Source: Nageia nagi
Taxonomy: Eukaryota > Plantae > Pinophyta
Direction of reading: 5' to 3'
Assembly (NCBI GenBank): GCA_050084985.1
Contig: JBITNC010000001.1
Coordinates: forward strand, 169,446,001-169,510,000
Length of the DNA: 64,000 nt
Shown one piece after another: positions 1 through 14,200 of the stretch. How positions within the stretch are numbered: position 1 is the first letter of the stretch; every line of letters begins with the position of its first letter. The position numbers and the translations under genes were made by a program. A model generated the notes under the pieces. That model saw nothing but the letters and a program-made list of their open reading frames with translations, was not told the origin of the DNA and did not search any database.

Positions 1-169
1 TTTTTAAGATTTTTTTGAAACTTGCAATAGAAAAAGCACTTGTGTCCATAATGTTTGGCGTTTTGAGATGCTTGGTCCCAAAATAGACACATTTTGAAAG
101 TCCTCCTTATCATAGTGCTCCATCAAGCTCATGACTAGTAATGGTTGTAGATGGGCTTGATAAATTTTC

Positions 170-1320
170 TAGCATTGACTACCACTTGCTGCACCCAAGT
201 CTCCTAATGTCCTCAAGTATTAGGTCAAGATGATGGGCTGAGTAAGGAGACTTGAAAATAGTAGGAAACCTGTCCTTGAGAAATTTCTTTGCTGCCATAG
301 ATGATGTCACCTTGTGTATGACAGCTTGGACTACATTTTGTAACACCATCTCCACCATTACCTCTAACAACGTAAACACCATCAATGTAGTTTTTATCTT
401 GTTGGAGGCATCCATTGACTTATAAATATGAGTTGCCTAGGTGAAGCAACCAAAAAATTGATTAATGTTTGACGTCTTCCATTGGACCATCCATTGAACA
501 TTATTCCACAATGCTTCCTTATCTATACTTTTCTCTTTGACAAAAAGATGAACATCTATGCACCTAAGAAGAAGTGGGCCTTGATGAGATATGTTGGGGG
601 TTGACTGCATACATGATCAATGCATCGATAATAGCTTGGTAGTATGGTGAACTTGCAATATTGAAAGGAATGCTGGAGAAAAAACTACAAGTTCCCCCTC
701 AACTTCCTTTCTGTTGCATGTTTTTCCTTGTTCCAATCAATTGCCTTCAAAGATGGTTGGCTACCTGGATTGTTACAAAGTATAAAAAATGGGGTGGTAG
801 TAAATGGTGAGATAGAATTCGCTCCAAGGGAATTGTAGAAAAACCTAGGCCCAATGTTGCTTTGATTGAAGCCAGGTTTAAGAGGTGGAGTGGGTGCATG
901 AATATCACCCTTTTCTGCCTTGGCTTTATGCTTTACTCGTCATAGAAGATCTGGATGTGGGCATTCATCTTTCGGGCTACCTTTTGTTCCATAGTGGACA
1001 CCTCGACATCCCTACTTTGAGCATTCCACCCTACTCCTTAACATGCTTCCATTTGGTGTCTCTTTTCTTGGTGTCATTGTCTCCTAAATTTTCCATAGTT
1101 GACAAGCACAAACAAATTAAAATGAATCATAGAAGGAAAAAAATCAGCCCTATATTTTTTTTTACTTGGATGGTGGAAGTTCCTAACACTATGAAACATG
1201 CTTCTCATTGTGTAACTTGAGCCGCAAGGGTTTCAGAACATGTATTTGGTGTCTTCATTGGATTAGGGTTTGTTCTCTTTTAGTTCACTTATTCTGCACT
1301 TGAAATGGGCAGGAAAAAAT
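170..1320 (-). mobile_element. Degenerate hAT transposase remnant (DUF659 region)
   Basis: GW...RRQTLINF, DASNKIKT, and PTIFKSPYSAHHLDLILEDI (degenerate C-x-x-H motif); frameshifted; boundaries approximate. Confidence 0.8.
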
Positions 1321-2153
1321 TGATGATTAGGGCCTTTTGACAATGTAATCCAAGTAAACAATGCAGGATCCGTGAGTCAAATATTTGTCTGTGTGAATAA
1401 TCATCAAATAATTGATAGAAGTTGCATATTTGAAACCTTTAGGGTTTTCTTGAGGGGTCATTGGAAAAGTACTTCCTCTTCACCACGTTCTATATATGAT
1501 GGATGGGTCAGTGTGTGGTCAAGCAAAGCAGTCAAGCAGCATATGCATTCCTCTCCCTTGAAGCCAAGCGGATTGTCTTTTCAGGTGTGCTAGGGTTACC
1601 ATTTGTGGGGCATATCAATTGGAAAACTCAACAAAATATTGGTTTGGAAAGGTAGAGTTGGTTTCGCAAAGAATCTATCTATATGTTTGGGTCACCAGCC
1701 AGTTTGTGTTCTATTAAGATCCCAAGTAATATATAATTTTGCTAAATGTTTCAGGGATTATACATTTTGCTCATTGCTGCCAAGAATTGGCTGCCTAAAC
1801 TGATTCTTGGTTGAATTTCTAATTATGGAGTAAGTGGGGTTTTCAGTCTTATTAAGTATTGTAAACTACTTCAAGAAATAGGGTATTTACATTGAAGAAA
1901 GCATCACCATTTTTGTGTGAAAAACAGATTCATTTGCTATACCAATAGTGCATAAAAAACTGAAGAATGCCTATTTTTCAATTAGTCTTGGAGTGTATGG
2001 TAGCTTTGTACACACCTTATCTCCTATTTTCTTTTAGAGACTTGAAAGTTGTTTTCTTTATTTCAGATAGTGGCATTATAAAGTTTCCTATAATCATTTG
2101 GTATTTACAATTATTGTTTATAGTTAATACTGAACATTTTGATCTCCTTGCAG

Positions 2154-2225
2154 GAACTTTTATGATCACAAAGAGTATGAGCATGGGATGTCAAGTTTTA
2201 TTTTCCAGAATGTTCAAGTGAACAA
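2154..2225 (+). CDS. LIG4: LIG4 exon (R)NFYDHKEYEHGMSSFIFQNVQVN(K)
   Basis: ttgcag acceptor, gtaatt donor; phase fits next exon. Confidence 0.88.
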
Positions 2226-5200
2226 GTAATTTAGCATCTTTAGTATTTTGTTAGCTTAATGATGGAACTTCTAAATGCTTGAGTTACCTAACTAGGGGTT
2301 ATGTGCACAGAAAATATTCATTGCGTTTCTGGCTTTTAGTTCTTGTAGAATATCTTCTCTATTATTGAATAATTAATAGTTTATTAGGTCATAAGATTGT
2401 GAAATTAACAACATTCTGTTTGTGATTTGAGTTTGTACAATATGTTCTAAACTGTTCCCTGTTTATTGTGTTTGGGGTGCAAACCTTCATTTTGAGAAGG
2501 CACCAATGTTACTAAGTTGGCTAATAGATGGAGTAGATTGTCATAGACAAGATATTCTTTGTGGAATAATCAATTATCATTATTTAGGAGAAAGAATAGA
2601 TAAGATAGCCTATTCTTCCTATAAGTAACCTGTTTGTGGAAAGAAAAGTAGTTTGGAATCAGTGTTAAACATATTTCGTGATTTGTCATTTCTATAAATA
2701 TATCATAGCATATATTTCAGATCTATTTAGTCTACCTGGTTTTCGTAAATAAAGTATTGGCTTAATGTTTAGTACATAAATGTTCTATTCTGAATGCTCT
2801 AACAAGAATAGTTCAGTGCATGCTTAGAATGTTTGCGTGCAAGTTGCAATGCATGAGGACCATATTGTTTTCTGGAATTTCTTGGAGATTCCAACAACTA
2901 TGAACTTAAAGAATATCTGATTTTAAGCTATAAATGTTGAAAGAATTCACCGATAAGATAAATTTGTTGACGTTTTTTGTTGATTGATGTTTTCAAGATG
3001 CATACTTGATGGTGAAATGCTAGTTTGGGATAAGGATTCCAATCGATTTGCGGATTTTGGGACAAACCAAGAAATAGGTCAGATAATGTTGTCTAGTTTC
3101 CTTCTATTTTCATTTGGTGTTTTCGGATTCACAATTAATGATTTTGCTTTGTCTAATTTTTATAATAACATTACAACTGACAGCAAAAGCTGCTAGGGAA
3201 GGCTTGGAAACCAATCAACAAGTATGCTTTTTTCATTTAAGAATGCTAATTTTTTGTACATTTTTGTTTGATAAATATTTTGACATTGTTATTCCAAAAA
3301 TATTAGCTAAAAGTTTGTTTTGCCTTTTGTTGTTTTGTTTTTCTTGGCCAGCTTTGTTGTATCCTTTTCCACTCTGAATGGTAGAGGCAACACTTGTGCA
3401 CTGATGTGAGATGAATTCCAAGGTCATGCTTTCAGTGTCTCTAGAGTAGATCTACTATGGATATGCTTGTATTCTTATCACCACTTATGTTTCATTTATT
3501 GATTTGTGCAATATAATTTAGTTTTGACAAACGCTGAATTATGCTGCACCCTTCCTCTTCTGCCATATACAAATAGTACTGTTTTCTAAATGAAAGAAAC
3601 CTTAAATAGAGGTGAAATTATTATTGTACAGTTGATTATATGTAATAAAATATGACATTGATGATAATTCTTTCAATAGGATATTATCTTTGTATAATTT
3701 ATTTGACAGCTTTTTGAGGAAATTGTTCTCTTTTCTCCAAGAATAAGCCTCCAAACTTTCTTTTGATCTGTGGATCCATCTGGAAATGAGTTCTTCAAAA
3801 CAGGATAAATTAATTTGGTGAAGGAAAAGGTGATAGAAGGACATTAATTTGAACCACACTTGGAAAACTAGGACTTGGAGAGTACTTGGCAAGGCAAATT
3901 TTGGAGAATAGTTAGCGAATCAACATAAGCAACCTTCAATATTTTATGAAAACAACATACAAAAAACTTTTAAATACAAAATTAGAGAGTTGCAAAGTCA
4001 ATTTTCTATTAGACATCAATGAAATAAGTACATTCATAGTTTGTGATCATCGATAATCATAAAAAATACAATAATCTAAACTGTGAAGTAGTCCTAAACT
4101 ACTTTCTTCTTTCCCTTCAATCCCATATATGTCCTTGCAGTGAATGGTAAATGTGGAACTGGTGGTTCTTTAGCCTCAACATGACCCTTGAGGTATGTCC
4201 TCAAGCTCCATATCAGCTGGAGCTGCTGCATATCATACACCTTTTGTTTCTTCCTTCTCAAACTTCTTGATTTTCTCCCCAGTGAACATGGGTTCCACAT
4301 TGTCAGCAACCCAATCTGCTCGTGGATCCATCTCATCAAGGTCGATGGCATCATGCGATTCTATGCTTTCCACTTGTTTGATGTGAAGGCAAAGATTGTA
4401 TTGTAAGAACACAAGGTCATTAAGATGCTGCTGGCTCAACTTCTCGTGCTTTTTGGTGTGAATGCTCTCAAATAATGATCAATTAAACCAATCCAACATA
4501 TTAAGAATAAAGCCCCACTCAACCCTATCATAGGCTTTATCAAATTCTAATTATAGGAATATTGCTTGTTGATTGCTTTTCTGAGCCCATTCCATTGTCT
4601 CCCAAACAGTTAACACCACATTGAAAATAAATCTTCCTTAAAGAAAACCTGTTCGCTCTTGCCGAACAATTCTCGATGTCATTTGTTTCATTTTGAAGGC
4701 CAGAGTTTTGGCCAAAATTTTGTATGAGCCATTGAACAGATTGATGGGTCTTCATCCTTCAATTGCATTCTTTCCGTTATTCTTAGGGATTAGTTTAATC
4801 ATCCCTTGATTGAAACTTGAAGAGAACATCGCATCTTCTTGTAAAATTTAGCAAGAAGTCCATCTGGGCCTGGAAATTTACTATTGCCCATATAAGAAAG
4901 GGCAGCATAAAGCTCCTCTTTAGAGAAATCTTCCATCAACTTGTCATTTTCAGTGTGAATAACTTTTTTGGGTATGCACTTCTGAATTTATTCTCTAGTG
5001 AGTAAATCCCCTTGATCAACAGGATATTCTGCAAAAATCATCCTAAAATTAGACTCAAACTCAGCTCTGATTAGATCATCCTCTTCAACAAGAGAGCCAT
5101 CTTCTGCATGCACAGCCACTATCCTTTCTGATGCAATCTTTTTCTTAATATGGCTAAAAAAAAACTGAGAAGGTGCACCCCCTTGTTTAATCCAATTAAG

Positions 5201-8200
5201 TCTGCTTCTGACCTTTGCAACTCTTGCAATGTGGTCTTCATAACAACGAATTTCTTTTTCTTTGCTTGCTGCTGCTTCTTGTAGCTGTGTTTTGAAGGGT
5301 TGTAGATTCAGTTATCTTAAGCTATTGTCCAAAGAATCTCTTAAATTTTTTATTTTACCCTTTCTTTTCCTTGCTACCTATCTTCCACAGCCCCTCAAAA
5401 ATTTAACAGTCCTATTTAGAGCTGCATCCCACCAGCCTAATCACTCATCTGTCCTTCTGGGTCTGGGCTCCAAGTTCCATATTCTTGTGATCAATGACCT
5501 AGAGTCTTTTGATGCCAAATGAGAAGCATCTCGTTTAAAAGTCAGAGCTTTTAATTGCACCGACCTTAACCAATGTGGACAATAGTATTGATCGGAAAAT
5601 GATCAGATCCTGTTATTTAAAGATTGATATCACCAGCCTTGTTACCTACTCCACTACATGTGAGCATTTTATTATCAACATAAAATTTGTAATACTCTAA
5701 ACTAGGGCAAGCACAATTTATAGTAAAATCCAATTTATCCTTATTTCTTCAAACTTAAATAAATTTCCAAAAATACCAAATGATTCCAAAAATACCAAAT
5801 GATTCCCTAGCTTATGTGGAATAACGTTATTGGGCTTTGTCAAATGGATCAAAAATAGGATTCCAGGATTGTACATAAACAGGAGAACAGTTACTACGAG
5901 GGTTCCATACTGAAGTATATGCCGAACAACCGCTGGTTTTTCAAAAAGCACAGTAACATACTTTCCACCTAGCTCCCAGTAGGACTGAACATGCAACCCT
6001 TTGGCCATCCATGAGGTTCTTATCCATTTATGGAATTCTTCATTCAATGGCATTTTTCTCAGGAAGTATAGGATAAACCTCTTATTCAACAGATCATTCA
6101 TTGATCTGTGATATTCCTCTTGCTCTTCTACCACCATAGAGAACTCATCCTCCTCTGTATCTATCTCAGTCATCATAGAATCTTGCCTATCTAGCCGTTG
6201 TCTTTCATCTTCCTGGGGTGAATGAAACACACCAAATACAAATGCACACAAAACAATAATAATTCCACAGGGCAAAATCTGATTTCTTTTATATTTTGTT
6301 TTTTTAATAAAGAAAGCTTGCAACTACAGCAGATTACAAGTAACAAAGACAATGCGTTACAATTGTATGTAAGCAAGACAACTATAGATCACTAAACACA
6401 CCTCGAAGAGCTGTTCAAACAGCTGTAACACCTTCAAAACTCAAAACAAACCCCACAAGAACTGGACAAACAACTGTATTATTGTCTCCAAGCTAGACCA
6501 CTGCTGGATAGATTTCTCAGAGTTGTCCTCAATCGATTATCTCAGCAAATAACACCCTCAGGCCTCTATCCTGCTGAAAAAAGGCTGATATGCCCAAAAT
6601 TGTGCCAATACTGGGTTGTCTTCACCAAAGCTAAGCATGAACATGGCTCCCTTGATAGTTCTGGCCCTTATAACCTACGAAATAGTCCTCTCAAGGCTGA
6701 CATCTTACTCCAATAGCCTCCAAAGGCTGGATCTTGGCTCAAAAACTTCTAACTTGCCCTCCAATAGCCAGATCTACACTTCAGCTTCAATGATGCTACT
6801 CAAATCAAGCCCAAATCACCAACCCTAATGTGGATTGGTCAGATTCAATTGGGTAGATAGCTCTAGGATTTGATCCTTCAAACCTCCATCAAATTGATCT
6901 CCAATGGGAACCCCAAAAAACTCCAGCAGAATGCAAGAGTCCAAAAGAGCAAAGCTCTTTCAAATTCCAAATTCTCCAAATTCACCCCTTCCAAATGACC
7001 AACTCTTCCTCTTAAATAGTCTTGGAAATCTTAATTTAAGTCTCTTGACTGTTACAAAAGTCTGCCTCATAATAGTTACAAATCCTCTCCTATGGCAGTT
7101 ACAAAAGCATTAAATAATACCTTAGACTTTGACTTCATTAACAGTTACTTTTGCCAAAATGGCAGTTACAAATACTAGAGACATTTAATACTGCCTTATA
7201 ATCCAAACTATCAAGCTAAAAACGTGTACCAAGTTAATGACATTATTTAATACCTTTTTTCTTGTCCCAAAACTATTTTAAATGCATAGCCAACTCCTTA
7301 AACACTTATACTAACAATAAAACTTCTCAAAACACACTAACCCACCCCTTAGAGGCCCACAAACACAACAAAACATAAATTTGAAATGTTTACAAGGCTG
7401 GAAATATTTTGGGATATTATAGTGAATCATCCACGTCATTGGTTCGACAGCTTTCATGATCATGTATAAACACGTCTCTGTGCTGTGAAGAGTCCTGGTT
7501 GGTGAGTGGCTTCAATGGTGAAGTTCCTTTGATCATATCGGCAAATGATCTGTGTGATCAAGTGGTGCGTTTGTCCGATCTGTGATATTTTCAGCCCCAA
7601 ACTTTTCAATGTGCATGTATCCTATCGAAGCTGTGTGCGGACTGGAAGGGTCTGGAAGATTCTTGACATATAAGTTTCTTTGTTCCCTGGTTTCTCGTGT
7701 CCAGTTGTTGTGAAAGCTCTTCTATTCTGATCCGACTCCAATATGGCTTTGGGGGTTACTGATGACTCCTCACGGTGTTCATTCCTCCAGTTTTTCTCAG
7801 AGGAACAGGTATCTCTTGTTCGATCTGAAGAGAACAACGCTCGAGAGGAACCCTGTCCATTTTGACCAGTGTCATATCTAAAAAAGAGAGGAGACTGTGA
7901 GCGATCAAACTTGCCTCTCTTGTCCTTAGGATTGCTGCAACCAGAAATTTCATCTACCTTCCGTTTGTCCGAAGTTAAATATGGGGCTGTCAGGACCTGT
8001 GTGGAGAGACTGGAAGTGGAATTTTGGAGGGCACTTGCTTCAGTTGAAATCTTCCAAACTTTATAAAGTTTTGCTGTTCAATACACCGATAGATACTGTA
8101 TTAAATCAGGGATGGGATGTCAACTGCACCGTCAAACAATGGAAATATAGGCTGGCCATAATTCGGCTTTTCAAACTGTGTCAACTTAGGGTATTTGCAT

Positions 8201-11200
8201 GGTCATTAATCTTCCAAGGTCTTCTGTGCAAGGCCAGGCTGGTTAAAATGAACATCTCTACAAGCTGCTGTGTGGGTTGTCGTAGAAAAGGATTGTTCTC
8301 GTGCCAAAGCAGTTTGGAAAAGTTTTGATCAGGTTATTGCCCCTTTCGTGGGGGATCACCTTTGGTGGACTATAGCTCTTCTTGGAGACATCAGTGATTG
8401 TCCACTTCACTTGGTTGGAATTTGGCAGGTAGTTATGGTCCCGATCCTCTCTGCTCTTAGGAAAGATAGGTGCATTGGTCTTCAATGGAGACTCTATCGC
8501 AGTTGCTAGAACAGTAAGTAAAGCACTACATTGTATATCTGATTAGGTACAAAGTTTTAGAGGAAAATTGTTAAACGAGCAGAAGGGTAGCTCTAACCCA
8601 TGTAAGTCAGGATGCCAAATTCTGCTGTGTGAATTGGCATGATTGTTGTACTATCTTTTTTATTTAATGAATATATAAGCAGTATTTCTCAAAAAGAAAC
8701 GAAAAAAAATGATTGATTATGCTCACACCCAAAAGTGCTACAAGGCTGACTCAAAATACTAATTGGTAGCCTATGAAGATTTGGTGTTCGAGCACCATAA
8801 TGTTCCCACTATAAATTTGCAAAAAAAAGACATTTTAGAAAGTCAATTTAGATTCTACATTATGTAAATTCTAAAAAGACAATACTTTTATTGCATTTTA
8901 AAGAGTTACTTGGCTGCAAGGTTTTGCTTGCCTTTTTACAAAAAATAGAAAATTAACTACCCCCTTATCTTTTTTGTAGCTTTGCAATTCATTGGGGATT
9001 AGTGTACGATGTGATCGTTTTCTCTATACAAGTATAGAGGGCATCCATAACCTCATTGGGCTGAAATGTATTGCTGAACACCGTTGCATGAAGAGTCGAT
9101 GAAGTTGCTTGGCCAATCTTCTATCAATAATACCCCAAATGGGATCAAATTTACACTTGTATCCAGAATAAAAATGTTGGATAGGCTCCTTCGCCCTATC
9201 CTTGGCCTCATATAGATAGCCCATTGGCATTTGGTGGCCATGTACAAGGTGAAGAACTTGTTGTGCCTGCACAACACATTCCAAAATACAAGATTTTGGG
9301 GACCCATTTTTTTTTGCAAATCTAGCGATCCAAGTTAGATCAAGTTCACAAATTGAACTGGCTAGGACGACTTGGGGGTTGATTCTAAGCAATCTTAAGG
9401 GATGATATCATGGAATGGTACATGGCAGTTCCCCACTGGGATTCCTTAGGAGATTCAGAACATTCAATCACCAGTTTCTTTGAGACCATGACTAGTTCAG
9501 GATGATCAAGTGATGAAAATATATACCAAGTGAGAAATGTAAAGTGTGGATTCAAAAGCTTTGGTGACACAAGGTTGTAGACAATTCAAAATGAGGCATA
9601 TTCAAGCTTGGAACTTGGGAGTTTGGATCAAAGATGCTCCCTGGAGGACTAGGTGAAGGATTTGGGGTCTTTGATGCCTTCAAGAGGAATAGAGTTATAC
9701 TTACATGGAAAAGAAAAAGTTTCTCATACAAGTTTGATGCAAAATGTAAATATACTCTCAAAAGGAGCTTGGAAAAAGAATAACATTTAGACTTGGAGCT
9801 TTCCGATTTCCTCCAAAAATGGTCATTCCCTCCCTAGGCATATTTTTTTGTGGTTTACTCATCCAAAGAGAGAAAATATGTGCCTCGCAAGGCCATGCAC
9901 ACAAAAAGTCTCAAAATTTCAAGTTGGCAAATCAAAATTGTGGCATATGGGTATTGTTGAAAGTCATAATTGAACATCTTTGCTCTTAAGAATTTCGAGA
10001 ATGCACCACTTCATGGAGACATAGGTTCAGTTTTTTGATCTTTACCCCCTCAAAATAAGAAAACATGTGCCTACCATGGTTGTGTACTTGAAAAGTGTCA
10101 AATTTTTATCAAGTATTTGAAACATGGTATTGTGGACCTACGGAAATAAAGTAATTTTGCTCAAGGAAGCACATCAAAAGGATCAAAACTTTTTCCTCCC
10201 CATCCAGGCACACATTTTCTAGTTTTCCTCAAAACAAAAAGAAGAAACTTGCACCTAGCAAAAGAAGGGTCAAATCTTTGTCAAAATTGCAATCTAAAGG
10301 CATGATGAGGTGTACAATCCAATTCTACACAAGTTTGACCTTAGAAGCACTCAAAATGATAAAGTTTAACCCCGCCAAATCATATGTGCACATTTCTAGG
10401 CTTTGAAATTCCTCCAAAAGAAGAAAATTTTTTCCTAGGGGAGGAGTGCACCAAATTTTGACAAAATTTAGATTAGATTTTGAAGACATAAGCATGAAGA
10501 GGAGGAAATTACAAGCACATTGGCCTTAGAAATTTTTGAAAAAAAACAAAATTATGCAAGGGAGGACTAGGTGCACATTTTCTAGTTAAGGAGAACTTGA
10601 GAAAAATAGAAAACTTGCACCTAGCAAGCTTGTGCTCATAAAATTTTCAAATTGTGTAAGTTAACCAATCAAAAATAAAACATGGGTATGGTGGGAGGTT
10701 GTGATGATCCAAAATGCAATTTGGATACAAAATAGGCAAATTCAACCTCAATCACCTCGACGTCAGGCCTAGGACATCCACAACAAGCATTCAAACCCTC
10801 AAGATGGCAACGTTAGGGTTAGGGCATCAATATTCTACATGCACAACATTAATATACCCATGTTTGGCTAGAACATGCAATATTCTATCAACCATACATT
10901 ACAATGCCAATGTCTGATAAATACAAGCATATATGACAATGATAATCCAACACATGCACAAGATGAATAAACACAATGCTAGTATGAGATTCAATTGCCC
11001 TTGGTAGTATACAAATGATATGGAATGATGCAATACAATACCAAGCCTAGGAGGGTTGATGTTGACCTCTCATGAGCCAACTAGGGCACAACACAAATAT
11101 ACTTTGATTGGAACAATATCGGCACCGACAATACCGGGTCCATTGAACCATTAAGTCTCCTATCCTAAGCTACAAATATGAAAGTGCAATACATTAGTAA

Positions 11201-14200
11201 AATATATTACAAGAGATCCCAATCGGACCTTACAATTAATTTTAATTGTGCAAAGGGGACATCACAAAGCCTCCCTTCTCGAATTGCTTGCCCTCAAGCA
11301 ATGGTGGAAGATTGCAACATGTTTTCTTCCAAGAATCCTTCGATCTTGGCACCAGTGGTTGGTGAAGGTGAAATGCAACTTCAATATTCTTCATCTAGAA
11401 TGGCAATGTGATGTTCATTTCTGAAACTTCATACCCTGGTATCAATGCATTCCACAAACTCTCTAGTTTGCTGTAACTGTCACTCCTCATCAGCTGCTCT
11501 ATGGTTGTCTTCAGTATACATGAAAATGTGTGTACCAATGCGAAGATGTACCTGCAAGAACCTTAAGAAAATCATGAGTGAGTGAAATCGGATGGAGCCA
11601 TTGCTCCATGTGTGAGGCCAAACCTCCTTAAGGATCAATGTTGAGTCGAAAACTCCCTTCATGACTAGTGTGAAGCAAGAAACATCCTCATCCTTCAACG
11701 TGGGTTGCCAAGCTGTCCTCAAGCTCATTGTCATGAATGCAGACCTTCCCAAGTCCAATGTGTCACTCCTCAGCTCAAAAATTTCCTTTGAGGGGAATGC
11801 AACCACCCTCATGTTCAACGTAGGTTGGCTAGCCTCTCCAATGCTCAATGTCAGATGGCCAAACTCCTTGGAGCCCAATGTCGGATGCTTAGCTTTCCCA
11901 AAGCTCAACGTGGGGTATCCAACCTCGTTAGGTGGCAAGCCTCCCAAATGTCCAACGTGGGATGTTTGGTTCCCTCAAGACTCTATGTGGCCCCACCTGG
12001 CCCCTTGGGTTGAGACGTGGGGCATAAAACTCCCCAATGCCCCCCATCTTCTCCCAACGTGGCCCCATCCTTTGCTTCCTCCTTTTGACAGCACTCAATC
12101 ACCTCTAGCCTCTTATTGTCTATCTGTGGATAATCATCTCTAATTCCCTGCAAGGTGTGAGTTCTCCCATCAATTTCGAAACTCATTGTGAGTTTCTAAT
12201 AGTTGGTGTGTATATCACCCAAGTCAAATAGCCATTGCACTCCTAAGATGATGTGAGGATGTCCCTTTAAAGGATAGATGTAGAAGTCCTCCCTCACTAT
12301 ACAACTTTGCAATCTCACACCAAACCTCTCAACGATGTGGTCTACCAACGTGAGCTTCCCGCTGGCGTTGGAAACCCTGAATCCCTCAAATCTCTTGGTC
12401 TTCAGGTTCTTCCTTTCTGCAAAGCTTACATCGATGAAGTTGTGGGATGCTCCTGGATCAATCAATACCATCACATCCTATCCTCCGGCCTACCCTACCA
12501 ATGACCTCCCCTACCAAATTTAGGGTAAGGTACTTCTTCACCCCATGTAGTGAAGCTATCATACTACCCAACGTTCCTTCTGCCTGAGGTGCTCCCTGCT
12601 CTAGGGTGTCAACTCCAATCTCCTGAGTCATCTAACTCATCTTTTGAAAACACCTCTATGTAGTGCACCTGTCCTTTCATTTGACAACGGTGCCTTGGCT
12701 CCCAAGTCTTCTTGCAGTAGAGGCACTTACCTTCTCTTAACTTCCTCCGTGTGGCTGCATCCAATTGATTTGTTTTAGGCAGGGGGAAGGGTTTGGCTTT
12801 GCTAGGCCCTTATTTGTTAGCAAATGACTTTCAGTTAACAGTCCTTTTGTACGTCTGCCCTCCCTTGAGGGATTTCACTGTGGGCTCAAGGTCATATGCT
12901 GCTCGGATAGCGTCATCAAGGCTCTTAAGGGAAAATGCCTTGACCATCCCCAGCAATGGCTCCATCAAAGCCTCAATGAAGAGGAAAGTTAATCTCTCCT
13001 TAGGAATATGGTGGATCATGATGACAATCCTCTGAAACTTTATCACATAATCATCCACCATCCCTTGTTGTCTTAATGATGTTAGGTCTCAGAAGTAGTC
13101 ATTCTCCTTCTGGTCAAACCTCTTGACCAACCGTCTAGCAGACCCATCAAAAGAGGTGATGAGTGAATACCCTTGGTTGATCACTCCATGCTGCCACCAC
13201 TTTAGGGCATCACCCTTGAAATGCAATGATGCAAAATGAATTGCATCCTCCTCTACCATGTTGGGATTTAGAGTGAAATAGGTCTGCAGCTAATGCAACC
13301 ATGCCCTAGATGTCATTCTCTTCCCATAATACATCTGTATCTACATTTTATTGATTTTGTGTTGCAGATCCTTCTCATCCCATGAATTGCTGGAAGTGCG
13401 TGGGCCATGCGAATTGCTTCCCTTCAACCCCAAAAGGTCTAGGTAGCTATTGAAATTGATGTCTCTCGTCAACCTTGGATCCAACATAGAATACTCCCTA
13501 AAAATCTGATTCAACTTCAATGGGTTAGGAACTTGACTCTTCGTCTCCTCTCTGACCTTCCTTACAAACATAGGCTTGGACAGCTTTGGAATAACAGGTT
13601 GCTCCTCTATCCTGCCAATGTCCTCCTCTAGGTATATCCCTAGGAGAGGGTTTGTACCCTAGGGTGCTCGGTGTGAGTGGGATCTCAAAAATGTAGCCTC
13701 TAGATGCCCCATCAACCCATGGTGGGTTGATTCCCAATTCCTCAAACTCCGAGATATCCTCATGCTCGGCTCCCTATCTACTCGATCCTCCTCAGATAGC
13801 TCCTCTTTATCATATTTAGTATGATGTTTGGCCTCTCTATCATCCTTGGTGTGACATGGGCCCTCTCTGTCATCCCTAGTGTGGCGTGGGACCTCTCTGT
13901 CATCCTTGGTGTGATGTGGGGTCTCTCTGTCATCCTTGGTGTGATGCGGGGGGTATTCTCCTCTTGAACACCCAAATGCCTCTTCAGCTGCCATTGCATA
14001 GTGGTGACTACTCCGGTCATGTTGTGAATGGCCGAAATGAGTTTATCAAACTTCCATTCAGGGGTGGATTCCCGAACCGGAGTTGAAATTCTCCTCCTGG
14101 AAGCTCTCTGTCTTTCTCTTTGCGCCTCCCCTTCATCCTCGAATGCACCCTCATTCAACAATTCTTCCATCCACGGTCGTCTATCCTCCTCATGGATGGC

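Noticed and set aside
3222-3235. Read-through of exon as QQ-VC-(F), supplying the missing LCY
   Set aside because: No GT/GC/AT donor after GTATGCT; the 3352-3358 microexon has proper sites on both sides.
3539-3553. Alternative microexon TTATGCT followed by GCACCCTT
   Set aside because: Preceded by AA rather than AG, and the donor is a poor match.
13800-13950. CRISPR-like array in the 30-bp repeats
   Set aside because: Head-to-tail tandem units without unique spacers, inside a plant retroelement.
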